Positions 1 through 6,741 of a DNA stretch of 64,000 nt are shown one piece after another; the stretch's first letter is position 1; the number at the start of each line of letters is the position of its first letter. The translations under genes were made by a program, and so were the position numbers. The notes under the pieces are model-generated. The model did no database searches and had not been told where the DNA came from. It saw nothing but the letters and a program-made list of their open reading frames with translations. Origin of the DNA: Candidatus Versatilivorator sp. (GTDB lineage Bacteria > Acidobacteriota > Terriglobia > Versatilivoradales > Versatilivoraceae); assembly GCA_965198125.1 (NCBI GenBank), contig CBDAOQ010000003.1, forward strand, positions 4,149,659 to 4,213,658, read 5' to 3'.

Positions 1-98
1 AGGCGGCGGGCGCCGGGGAAAAAACGCCGGGAGGCGATCTCACTGTATGCCCCTTGCTCGCCCTGATAGGCAATCACGGGTTGTTGGCCAGACGGCAT
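1..98 (-). CDS. pheA: prephenate dehydratase, first 33 codons only (gene runs off the left edge)
   Basis: Absent from the ORF track because it has no stop in the window. Reverse translation from ATG 98 gives MPSGQQPVIAYQGEQGAYSEIASRRFFPGARR, matching the IAYQGxxGAYSE opening of PDT domains. Confidence 0.5.
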   Translation of the reverse strand, partial: MPSGQQPVIAYQGEQGAYSEIASRRFFPGARR

Positions 99-306
99 GG
101 TCGTCCTGCCTTCGGCAGTCACAGGCGTGACATCTTCCCGGGCCAATGCCGGGAAATGCGAGAATGCGGCTGTTCCCTCGGGACCCCAATCGGGTTACAG
201 GTCCCGTTGACAAACCGGAAGCCAGTACTCGACAATGTGTTGCCCCGCATTGGGCCGCCGGGAAGGGCCCATCGGAAATACTTCTGGTGCTGGGAGGAGG
301 AGTCTG

Positions 307-1641
307 ATGCGAATATTGCCGTTTCGGGGTTACCGCTACAATCCAAACCGTATTCCCAACCTGGACGATGTGATCTCCCTGCCCTACGATCAGTTCAAGG
401 GATCCCGAGACGACCGGTTCCACCAACGGCATCCCTATAACATCGCTCATCTTATCATGAACCCGGAGACCAGCGAGGATTCCCCGTCCTGGAATCGATA
501 CACCCGATCCAAGGCGTTGCTGGATCGATGGATGAAGGAATCGGTCTTCCTGCAGGACAACCAGCCCAGCATTTATCCCTACTATCAGGACTTTCCCGTC
601 GCCGGAGGGACCACCCGAACCCGCAAGGGATTTGTGGCCCTGGGCGAAGTCACCGACTACTCCCGGGGCATCGTGCGGCCCCATGAGCGCACCATGGCCA
701 AGCCCAAGCAGGATCGCCTGGAACTGCTGCGCTCCACGCGAGTCGATTCGGGAATCATCTTTGTCCTTTACTCGGATCCCGAGGGGGAGATCGAGTCCCT
801 TCTGGATGAGGCAATCCGGCCGCAGCCTGCCATCTCGGCAGGCGGTCCGGACAAGATGTTGAATCGGTTGTGGCGGGTATCGGACCCACCGGTGATCGCT
901 CGAATCCAGCAAGCCATGCAAGACAAATCCGTAATCATCGCCGATGGCCACCATCGCTTCGAGGTGGCGGTGGAGTTCAGCCTGGAGGCCATGAAGCATC
1001 GGTCCGAGGACCCGGCTTGGGAAAACTACCGATTCAAGCTCTTCAGCTTTGTTCGGCAGGAGTCTCCGGCAATTTCCATCTTGCCGGTGCACCGCATCCT
1101 CAGACACCTGGACGGGTTCGAGCCGGCCCGCTTTCTTCAACAACTTGAGCCCTTCTTTTCAATTGAGGCGACCGAGGTCAGTGCCGGCGTTCCGGTTGAA
1201 AGGCTGGAGGAATTCCTGGAACGAATGCGGCTTCAGCAAGCCGCGGGGCATGCGGCATTGGGAGTCTACCTGCCCGGACTGGACCGGTTGGCCCTGTTGA
1301 CCTATCGAAAGGAGGCAGCTGGGAGGCTGGATTGGCCGGGGGACAAGTCCGAGACCTGGCGCCAATTGGATGTTTCCATCCTTCAGGTGGCGATATTGGA
1401 CCGGATACTGAACCTCGGGGAGCGGGAATTGGCCCAGGGCAATTTTCTGGAGTATGTGAGCGAGGCACGCGAGGCGGTGCTGAGAGCGGCGGACGGCTCC
1501 GGTCAATGCGCCATTCTCCTGAACCCCACACCCATGGAACAGGTTGAAGCAGCGGTGGAGGCCGGAGACCTGCTTCCCCAAAAAACCACCCACTTTCACC
1601 CCAAGCTCATGGAAGGTCTGGTGTTTGCCAAACACCTGTAG
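307..1641 (+). CDS. DUF1015 family protein
   Basis: Track ORF 235..1641 trimmed to ATG 307. MRILPFRGYRYNPNRIPNLDDVISLPYDQF is the canonical DUF1015 N-terminus, and the 444-aa length fits the family. Confidence 0.85.
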   Translation: MRILPFRGYRYNPNRIPNLDDVISLPYDQFKGSRDDRFHQRHPYNIAHLIMNPETSEDSPSWNRYTRSKALLDRWMKESVFLQDNQPSIYPYYQDFPVAGGTTRTRKGFVALGEVTDYSRGIVRPHERTMAKPKQDRLELLRSTRVDSGIIFVLYSDPEGEIESLLDEAIRPQPAISAGGPDKMLNRLWRVSDPPVIARIQQAMQDKSVIIADGHHRFEVAVEFSLEAMKHRSEDPAWENYRFKLFSFVRQESPAISILPVHRILRHLDGFEPARFLQQLEPFFSIEATEVSAGVPVERLEEFLERMRLQQAAGHAALGVYLPGLDRLALLTYRKEAAGRLDWPGDKSETWRQLDVSILQVAILDRILNLGERELAQGNFLEYVSEAREAVLRAADGSGQCAILLNPTPMEQVEAAVEAGDLLPQKTTHFHPKLMEGLVFAKHL

Positions 1642-1681
1642 CACGCATTCCTCAACAAGGGGCTCCAGGAGTAAAAACCCC

Positions 1682-1985
1682 CAGAAATCGACCATCCCTT
1701 CGCGACCCTGGCATCCCGTCTCGGTTCACCTCAACGCCTTAGTGTCCCTTCGTGGTCCTTCGTGGATAACTCTTTTTTCTCTTGTTTCAGATAAGCCGGG
1801 CCCCCGCCCTGCCGGGCGGATCATACGAGAGTGAAACAATCGGAAATCGATAATCCTTTCTCGACCTTGGCATCCCGTCGCGGTTAACCTCAACGCCTTA
1901 GTGGCCCTTCGTCGTTCTTCGTGGCCCTTCGTGGATAACTCTTTTTCTTTTGTCTTTTTTCTTTTGTTTCAGACAAGCCGGCTCG
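1682..1985. repeat. two head-to-tail copies (period 159 bp) of a composite G+D repeat unit
   Basis: CAGAAATCGACC at 1682 recurs as CGGAAATCGATA at 1841. Each unit also carries TCAACGCCTTAGTG..CTTCGTGGATAACTCTTTTT..TGTTTCAGATAAGCCGGG, a GC hairpin, then GGATCATACGAGAGTGAAACA. A third, near-identical unit lies at 43992-44165. Confidence 0.9.
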
Positions 1986-2963
1986 CCGGGGAGAGCTGCG
2001 AAACCAGGCCGCGAAGCGGGCAAGACCCTCTTCAAAGGGGACTTTGGGAGCGTAACCCAACACCCTGCCTGCCTTGCTCAGATCGGCATGGGTGAAGGGC
2101 ATATCAGCCGGTTGATCTTCCTGCATAAGGACACGGGCCGGCTTGCCCAGCGCCTTCTCCAGAAGGTGAACCATCCTTTTGAGGGAGATTGGATTGCCGC
2201 TGCCAAGATTGAACAGTTCAAAGCGAGATTTCAGGGGCAAGGTCGCCATAATCCCATCCACAATGTCATCGATATAGGTGTAGTCGCGGGACGAACTGCC
2301 GTCTCCAAACAGCGTGACGGGTCGATTTCGCTCAATGGCGCGAGCGAATTTGTATATGGCCAGGTCGGGACGCTGCCGGGGCCCATAGACGGAGAAGAAG
2401 CGGAGACAAATCACCTCTAGCGGGTAGAGGTGGGCAAAACAGTGGCAGAGTTTCTCTCCGGCAAGCTTGGTGACCCCGTAGGGCGACAGCGGATCGAGAC
2501 GGTGCTCCTCTTCCGAAAAAGGCGCTCGGCTGGTCTTGCCATAGACCGAGCTGGAAGACGCGAACAGGAACTTCCGGCACATTCCCTGGCGAGCCAGTTC
2601 CAGCAACCCCAGCGTTCCCTGAAGGTTGACTCGCTCATACAACAAGGGCCGGGTCAAGGATGACCGAACCCCCGTTCGTGCCGCCAGGTGGATGACGACC
2701 TCGTAGGATTTTCCGGACAGGGCCGATTGAAGCTCCTCTGGGTTGCCGATGTCCATCTGAAGGAAGTCAAAGCTTCCCCGCTCGGACACCTGCCTCAGGT
2801 TCTCTCGCTTGAGATCGGCAGGGTAGGCGTCGTTGAGGTCGTCCAGGATGGTTACCCGAGCCCCGGCGCCAATCAGGCGTTCAGCCAGGTGAGAGCCGAT
2901 GAAACCGGCGCCTCCGGTAAGCAGAACAGGGGTTCCCGGAGAAAGCCCGGGAGGGGAGTTCAA
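1890..2963 (-). CDS. NAD-dependent epimerase/dehydratase (UDP-sugar 4-epimerase-like SDR)
   Basis: GGAGFIGSH Rossmann motif and YGVTKLAGE (YxxxK) catalytic motif. The best start is TTG 2963, with GGAG 5 nt upstream, overlapping the nadA stop as TTGA. The only upstream ATGs would overlap nadA by more than 200 nt. The last 29 codons are repeat-derived. Confidence 0.8.
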   Translation of the reverse strand: MNSPPGLSPGTPVLLTGGAGFIGSHLAERLIGAGARVTILDDLNDAYPADLKRENLRQVSERGSFDFLQMDIGNPEELQSALSGKSYEVVIHLAARTGVRSSLTRPLLYERVNLQGTLGLLELARQGMCRKFLFASSSSVYGKTSRAPFSEEEHRLDPLSPYGVTKLAGEKLCHCFAHLYPLEVICLRFFSVYGPRQRPDLAIYKFARAIERNRPVTLFGDGSSSRDYTYIDDIVDGIMATLPLKSRFELFNLGSGNPISLKRMVHLLEKALGKPARVLMQEDQPADMPFTHADLSKAGRVLGYAPKVPFEEGLARFAAWFRSSPRRAGLSETKEKRQKKKSYPRRATKNDEGPLRR

Positions 2964-4006
2964 TGAATCTCCAGCATCCGGTCCACCGCTCGCTTGGCTC
3001 TCAGCCGGACCTCTTCCGGGACATCGACAACGTATCGGTTCTGGAGGAGTGAATCGAGGGTATCCTGCAAGGTGATTTGGTTCATGTGGGGGCAACGAAC
3101 ACTGCACAGTCGGAGCATCTCTTTGTCGGGGTTTTCGGCCGCGACGTTGTCTGCCATGCTGCATTCGGTCAGCAGGAGATAGCGCGGGGCCCGAGACTCT
3201 TCCACAAAACGAATCATGGCCGAGGTGCTTCCCGAGAAGTCGGCTGCCGCAACCACTTCCGGGCTGCACTCGGGGTGAGCCAGGACAATCACGTCGGGGA
3301 ACTGTCTGCGCACGTTCTCGACATCATCCACGTTGAATTTCTCGTGAACCTCGCACTTGCCGTGCCAGCCGATGAGGTGGTACTCCATGTGAGGATCCTG
3401 CTTATCCCTGGGTATGGGCGTGTCGGTGGGGAAAATGATGTGTTTGCCGCTTTCGCGAGCCACGTTTCTGGCCAGGTATTCGTCGGGGAGAAAAATTGCC
3501 GTCTCGGTCTTGAGAGATTCAATCACCGCCAGGGCGTTGCTGGAGGTGCAGCAGATGTCACTTTCGGCCTTGATGTCGGCATAGGTGTTGACGTAGGTCA
3601 CCACCGGAACCCCCGGAAACCGTTTGCGCAGATTGCGGACATCCTCGGCGGTGATGCTGGCCGCCAGGGAACAGCCTGCCTTCAGCGAGGGGATCAGCAC
3701 CGTTTTGTGGGGACTCAGGATCTTGGCTGTTTCCGCCATGAAGTGGACCCCACAGAAAACGATGGGATCGCCATCGGTGGTAGCTGCCAGGCGACTCAAC
3801 TCCAGGGAGTCTCCGGTGAAATCGGGTACCGAATGAAAAAGCCCGGGCTCCATGTAATTGTGTCCCAGGATCACCGCGCCCAGGTCGCCCTTCAATTGGT
3901 TGATGCGGCAGGCCAATTCGGCCTTGGCCCGGATTTCGAAATCGGGCATGATATCTTGCAGCTTTTCCCGGAGAAGGCGATAGGTTTTCAGGGCGTCTTC
4001 GGTCAT
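2960..4006 (-). CDS. nadA: quinolinate synthase
   Basis: From ATG 4006: MTEDALKTYRLLREKL..GAVILGHNYMEPGLF..FCGVHFMAETAKIL..CSLAASI..CCTSSNA..AHPECSPEV, 348 aa. The extra 187 N-terminal codons of track ORF 2960..4567 are translated repeats. Confidence 0.93.
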   Translation of the reverse strand: MTEDALKTYRLLREKLQDIMPDFEIRAKAELACRINQLKGDLGAVILGHNYMEPGLFHSVPDFTGDSLELSRLAATTDGDPIVFCGVHFMAETAKILSPHKTVLIPSLKAGCSLAASITAEDVRNLRKRFPGVPVVTYVNTYADIKAESDICCTSSNALAVIESLKTETAIFLPDEYLARNVARESGKHIIFPTDTPIPRDKQDPHMEYHLIGWHGKCEVHEKFNVDDVENVRRQFPDVIVLAHPECSPEVVAAADFSGSTSAMIRFVEESRAPRYLLLTECSMADNVAAENPDKEMLRLCSVRCPHMNQITLQDTLDSLLQNRYVVDVPEEVRLRAKRAVDRMLEIH

Positions 4007-4064
4007 TGGACTCCAACCTGCCGCCGTGTGGATCCACGGCAAGCGATGAATAGCAAGTGCTTGC

Positions 4065-4093
4065 AGTATAACGCCGATGCGGATTTGAGGCAA
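4065..4093 (-). promoter_or_regulatory. sigma70-like promoter for nadA (TTGCCT-17-TATACT)
   Basis: On the minus strand the -35 TTGCCT is at 4093-4088, followed by a 17-nt spacer and the -10 TATACT at 4070-4065. It lies about 55 nt upstream of the ATG, and GGAG precedes the ATG. Confidence 0.45.
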
Positions 4094-4129
4094 TTTCGGA
4101 GGTGCGGTTGGCCTGGCAGGACCAGAAAA

Positions 4130-4501
4130 GATATCTACGAAGGGCGAAAAGGCAAAAAGATATCCACGAAGGGCCACGAAGAACGGCGAAGGGCCACTAA
4201 GGGGTTGGAGGAGGCTCGAGAGGGGTTCGCCAAGGGTCGGGAAGGGGGAAGAAGATATCCACGAAGGGCGAAAAGGCAAAAACATATCCACGAAGGGCCA
4301 CGAAGAACGGCGAAGGGCCACGAAGGGGTTGGAGGAGGCTCGATAGGGGTTCGCCAAGGGTCGGGAAGGGGGAAGAAGATATTCACGAAGGGCGAAAAGG
4401 CAAAAAGATATCCACGAAGGGCCACGAAGAACGGCGAAGGGCCACGAAGGGGTTGGAGGAGGCTCGAGAGGGCTCCGCCAAAGGTCGGGAAGGGGGAAGA
4501 A
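4130..4501. repeat. tandem repeat, 124 bp x 3 (family G units)
   Basis: GATATC(T/C)ACGAAGGGCGAAAAGG recurs at 4130, 4254 and 4378, and GATATCCAGGAAGGGG at 4502 marks the start of a degenerate fourth unit. Each unit contains CCACGAAGGGCCACGAAGAACGGCGAAGGGCCAC and GGGGTTGGAGGAGGCTCGAGAGGGGTTCGCCAAGGGTCGGGAAGGGGGAAGAA. A degenerate extension runs to about 4633. Confidence 0.95.
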
Positions 4502-4682
4502 GATATCCAGGAAGGGGCTGAAGTATCTGTCAAGCGGGTAAAAGATTAATCCGCGAAGCGACTCCAAGGGGTTGGAAAAGACTCGAAAGGGGTCCTTGAA
4601 GGGCCACGAAGAAAGACACTAAGGCACGAAATCATGTTCCCGTCGTTCGGTCTCAGCGTCGAGCATGAGTCGATGCCTGATT

Positions 4683-4835
4683 CACATCGATGGACAGGAT
4701 GGACAGGATTTTTCCGGAGACGGCTGGCTTGTGTTCCCGGACATCCTCAAATCCGCACGCGATCATCGCCCGAGTCAGCGTCTCCTGCAGCAGCCTCCCG
4801 TCCTGATTATCCTGTGCATCCTGTGTATCGATGTT
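4683..4835. mobile_element. family A MITE-like element (153 bp) with decayed GxxExxY-type ORF stub
   Basis: Termini are CACATCGATGGACAGGATGGACAGGAT (4683-4709) and ATCCTGTGCATCCTGTGTATCGATGTT (4809-4835), matching 23/27 as inverted repeats. The minus-strand interior reads IDTQDAQDNQDGRLLQETLTRAMIACGFEDVRE. Confidence 0.75.
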
Positions 4836-4981
4836 CCATTTATAGTCCTTCTCGATGGATCTGCCCAGTCGCGGGGGGCGGGCGCCCGGCTCGCAGGCAA
4901 ACGGGAGTTTCCCAAAGGGGACAGGCCGGCTTTTAGAGAAGTCGCCCGCCGGATACCCCCCACCTCACCATCGAGACGACA

Positions 4982-5191
4982 CCCCCGGGAGCGCGGGCGT
5001 CCCGCCCGCATGCTGTCCCTTCGGTTGCCGCTCAGTTTCCCTGCGATGTTGCAGCCGACCGCCCTGCCGGCGAGAACCGCATGGGCCCGGCCGAAGCAGA
5101 GGCAGGGCGCCGCTGCCGGTTGATTCCGGTGGAGGAGATGGTCGAAGCTGCGGGAGGATTTGTGCGGGCGGGACGCCCGCGCTCCCGGGGG
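4982..5191. repeat. family E: perfect 29-bp inverted repeat flanking 152 bp
   Basis: CCCCCGGGAGCGCGGGCGTCCCGCCCGCA at 4982-5010 has its exact reverse complement at 5163-5191. Confidence 0.9.
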
Positions 5192-5316
5192 GGGCTTCCT
5201 CCCATGACAGGGTCACACCAGCGGGACAAAAGTGCAGAAGCATTTTGGAGCCAGTTGTCGTTGAAGGAGGTCCATCAGTCCTCGTGCCTATTCGTGTTCA
5301 TTGGTGGTTCGTCTTC

Positions 5317-5458
5317 ATTGACGAACGGCTGTTTTTCCTCTGAGTGATGCGCACCGTCGTGGGGGGCGGGGGAAACAAAAGAAAAAAGAGTTATCCTTCG
5401 TTGATTGACGAACGGCTGTTTTTCCTCTGATGATCCGCACCGTCGTGGGGGGCGGGGG
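5317..5458. repeat. direct repeat pair (56 and 55 nt, period 87 bp) of family D in reverse orientation
   Basis: ATTGACGAACGGCTGTTTTTCCTCTGA(G)TGAT(G/C)CGCACCGTCGTGGGGGGCGGGGG occurs at 5317-5372 and 5404-5458. It is the reverse complement of the ..GGCGGATCAT..GTGAAACA module. Confidence 0.85.
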
Positions 5459-5725
5459 CCGAACTTGCCCAGGGTCAGCTTCCGTCGTGACTCCGCAACC
5501 GTAGTTGCCGGTGCCAGCGGGCGTAGGCCGCGATGTCCTTCCACCTCATGTTCCTGAGGCTCTTGTCTCCGTAAGCCGTCTCCATTCTCCATCGAAGATA
5601 GTTACGGGGTGGAAACGGCAGGAAGGGGAAGCGGCGATACCAACTTCGATCACGGAAGGTCCAGCAGATTCGAATGAGTTCCAGAAAGACGATCACGGAC
5701 GGTGTCCCAAAACCCGATGCACCCT

Positions 5726-6184
5726 TCAAGAAAAATCCCGCAAGGTCCGATCGTTGCGGATTTCCTTTTCCAGCCGCTCGGCAACCTGCAGGTCGTATTC
5801 CTTGTGGTCGGGGGCCGGACGACAGTCCCGGTACTTCGCATAGCAATGGTAACAGATGGTCAACTTGGGAAATTTTCTAAAGTGCCGGTCAAAGCCCAGT
5901 AGACCCGGAACCAGGCTGATTCCCCAGGTCCAGTAGGCCAGTCCCAGTCCGAGCAGGAGATAGGCCAGGCCCGCCAGCTTGCGTGGATCCTCCCGCACGT
6001 AGAAGTCTCCTAGGCCGCAAACCGCGCAGCGGTCGACACGGTTCCGGGTGAGGTGTGCCTGGGTAAACCGCAGGGCCTGCACCGTGCTGCAGGAGCGGCA
6101 GCTCACGGGATTCCCCTTCTCCTGCGGCTGCGCCTGGCATTCACGATAGCAGCGCCGGCACAGGAATGTAATCCGCATGGTCAC
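5726..6184 (-). CDS. hypothetical Cys-rich (double zinc-ribbon-like) membrane protein
   Basis: 152-aa ORF with CRRC..CRSC, CAVC and CYHC pairs and one hydrophobic helix (LAGLAYLLLGLGLAYWTWGISLVPGLLGF). I do not recognise a family. Confidence 0.6.
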   Translation of the reverse strand: MTMRITFLCRRCYRECQAQPQEKGNPVSCRSCSTVQALRFTQAHLTRNRVDRCAVCGLGDFYVREDPRKLAGLAYLLLGLGLAYWTWGISLVPGLLGFDRHFRKFPKLTICYHCYAKYRDCRPAPDHKEYDLQVAERLEKEIRNDRTLRDFS

Positions 6185-6267
6185 TCCTCGATGGCTCCCC
6201 TGCCCGCAATTGCGATCCGGATCTCACAGGATGGAGGTCTCCAGCGCCATTACTCCGCATGGCCCGT

Positions 6268-6687
6268 TTAGATGTCCAGGAACACCTGCAACCAACAGGC
6301 CGATGGACGCGTGCGGATCGTGAGTTGGTGGTAGGTGATTGCCTTGACGTCCAGCCGGGCGGTATGGCGCCCGAGATTGTATGGTTCTCCTCGAACCCGC
6401 GCCTCGAGGAGACGGGCCGACAGCCTGCCAATCTTGAAGTCTCTTGGGGCGAATTTCAAACCGTCGTAGAGGTAGAGCACTTCGGTCAGCCATCTCACCA
6501 GGAGTTGCTGTTGGTCCCCGGCCTCGATCCTGACCGGCATCGATTCAGCCGGAAGGACGGAATCCGGGTCGAGAATTACCGAGGTGAGCCCGCAAGCCGC
6601 CTGTTCAAAGGCCTCCGACAGCGTCTTCCCGTAGGCCTCGATCCCCAGATCTGCGGGGTGGTCCAGGAGCAGGTAACCGGATTCCAT
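6268..6687 (-). CDS. archease
   Basis: From ATG 6687: MESGYLLLDHPADLGIEAYGKTLSEAFEQAA...LDVKAITYHQLTI. The DHxADxG and KAxTYH motifs are typical of archease; 139 aa. Confidence 0.85.
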   Translation of the reverse strand: MESGYLLLDHPADLGIEAYGKTLSEAFEQAACGLTSVILDPDSVLPAESMPVRIEAGDQQQLLVRWLTEVLYLYDGLKFAPRDFKIGRLSARLLEARVRGEPYNLGRHTARLDVKAITYHQLTIRTRPSACWLQVFLDI

Positions 6688-6741
6688 TGAATTTCTGGTT
6701 TCTCTCCAACGTCCGCGATGCATAGCCGGGCCGAGGATGAG

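Noticed and set aside
40-1143. 367-aa ORF antisense to the DUF1015 gene. Similar long antisense or alternate-frame ORFs include 3077..4549, 6820..7743, 12395..13255, 21513..23411, 24819..26018, 38132..39418, 45467..46456, 53064..53945, 58397..59368 and 61620..62585.
   Set aside because: Each overlaps a gene with clear family motifs on the other strand or in another frame. Their translations are Arg/Gly/Pro-rich with no motifs, the usual shadow ORFs of high-GC DNA.
4007-4130. nadA-motif (class I NAD+) riboswitch, which is reported upstream of nadA in Acidobacteria.
   Set aside because: Only about 125 nt of unique sequence precede the ATG, and the predicted promoter leaves a ~50-nt leader. I see one 6-bp hairpin (GCCGTG/CACGGC) but not two tandem similar domains with the conserved CAACA..CCCC-type internal loops as I remember them. 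A cmsearch with the Rfam nadA model over 4000-4200 (minus strand) would settle it.
4007-4567. The N-terminal 187 codons of track ORF 2960..4567, which would give a 535-aa NadA.
   Set aside because: That part is a direct translation of the 124-bp tandem repeat (..SWPFVD..ALRGPSWI.. repeated). NadA homology, a good RBS and a sigma70-like promoter all point to ATG 4006.
5011-5162. Reading the interior of the family E element (minus strand, ..SFDHLLHRNQ..GRAVGCNIAGKLSGNR) as a remnant of a four-helix-bundle (23S IVS-type) protein.
   Set aside because: Only two short patches (SF..L and R.AV..NIA) resemble the SFRDL..RRAAxSIxxNIAEG pattern, and the spacing is about 15 residues too short. This is too weak to claim without a profile search.
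5475-5846. 123-aa minus-strand ORF, or a 73-codon version from GTG 5696 (..FRDRSWYRRFPFLPFPPRNYLRWRMETAYGDKSLRNMRWKDIAAYARWHRQL..), downstream of the zinc-ribbon gene.
   Set aside because: It has no recognisable family, a Trp/Arg-rich composition, a weak RBS, and its upstream part overlaps the zinc-ribbon gene. I left it uncalled. A TBLASTN conservation test in relatives would decide.
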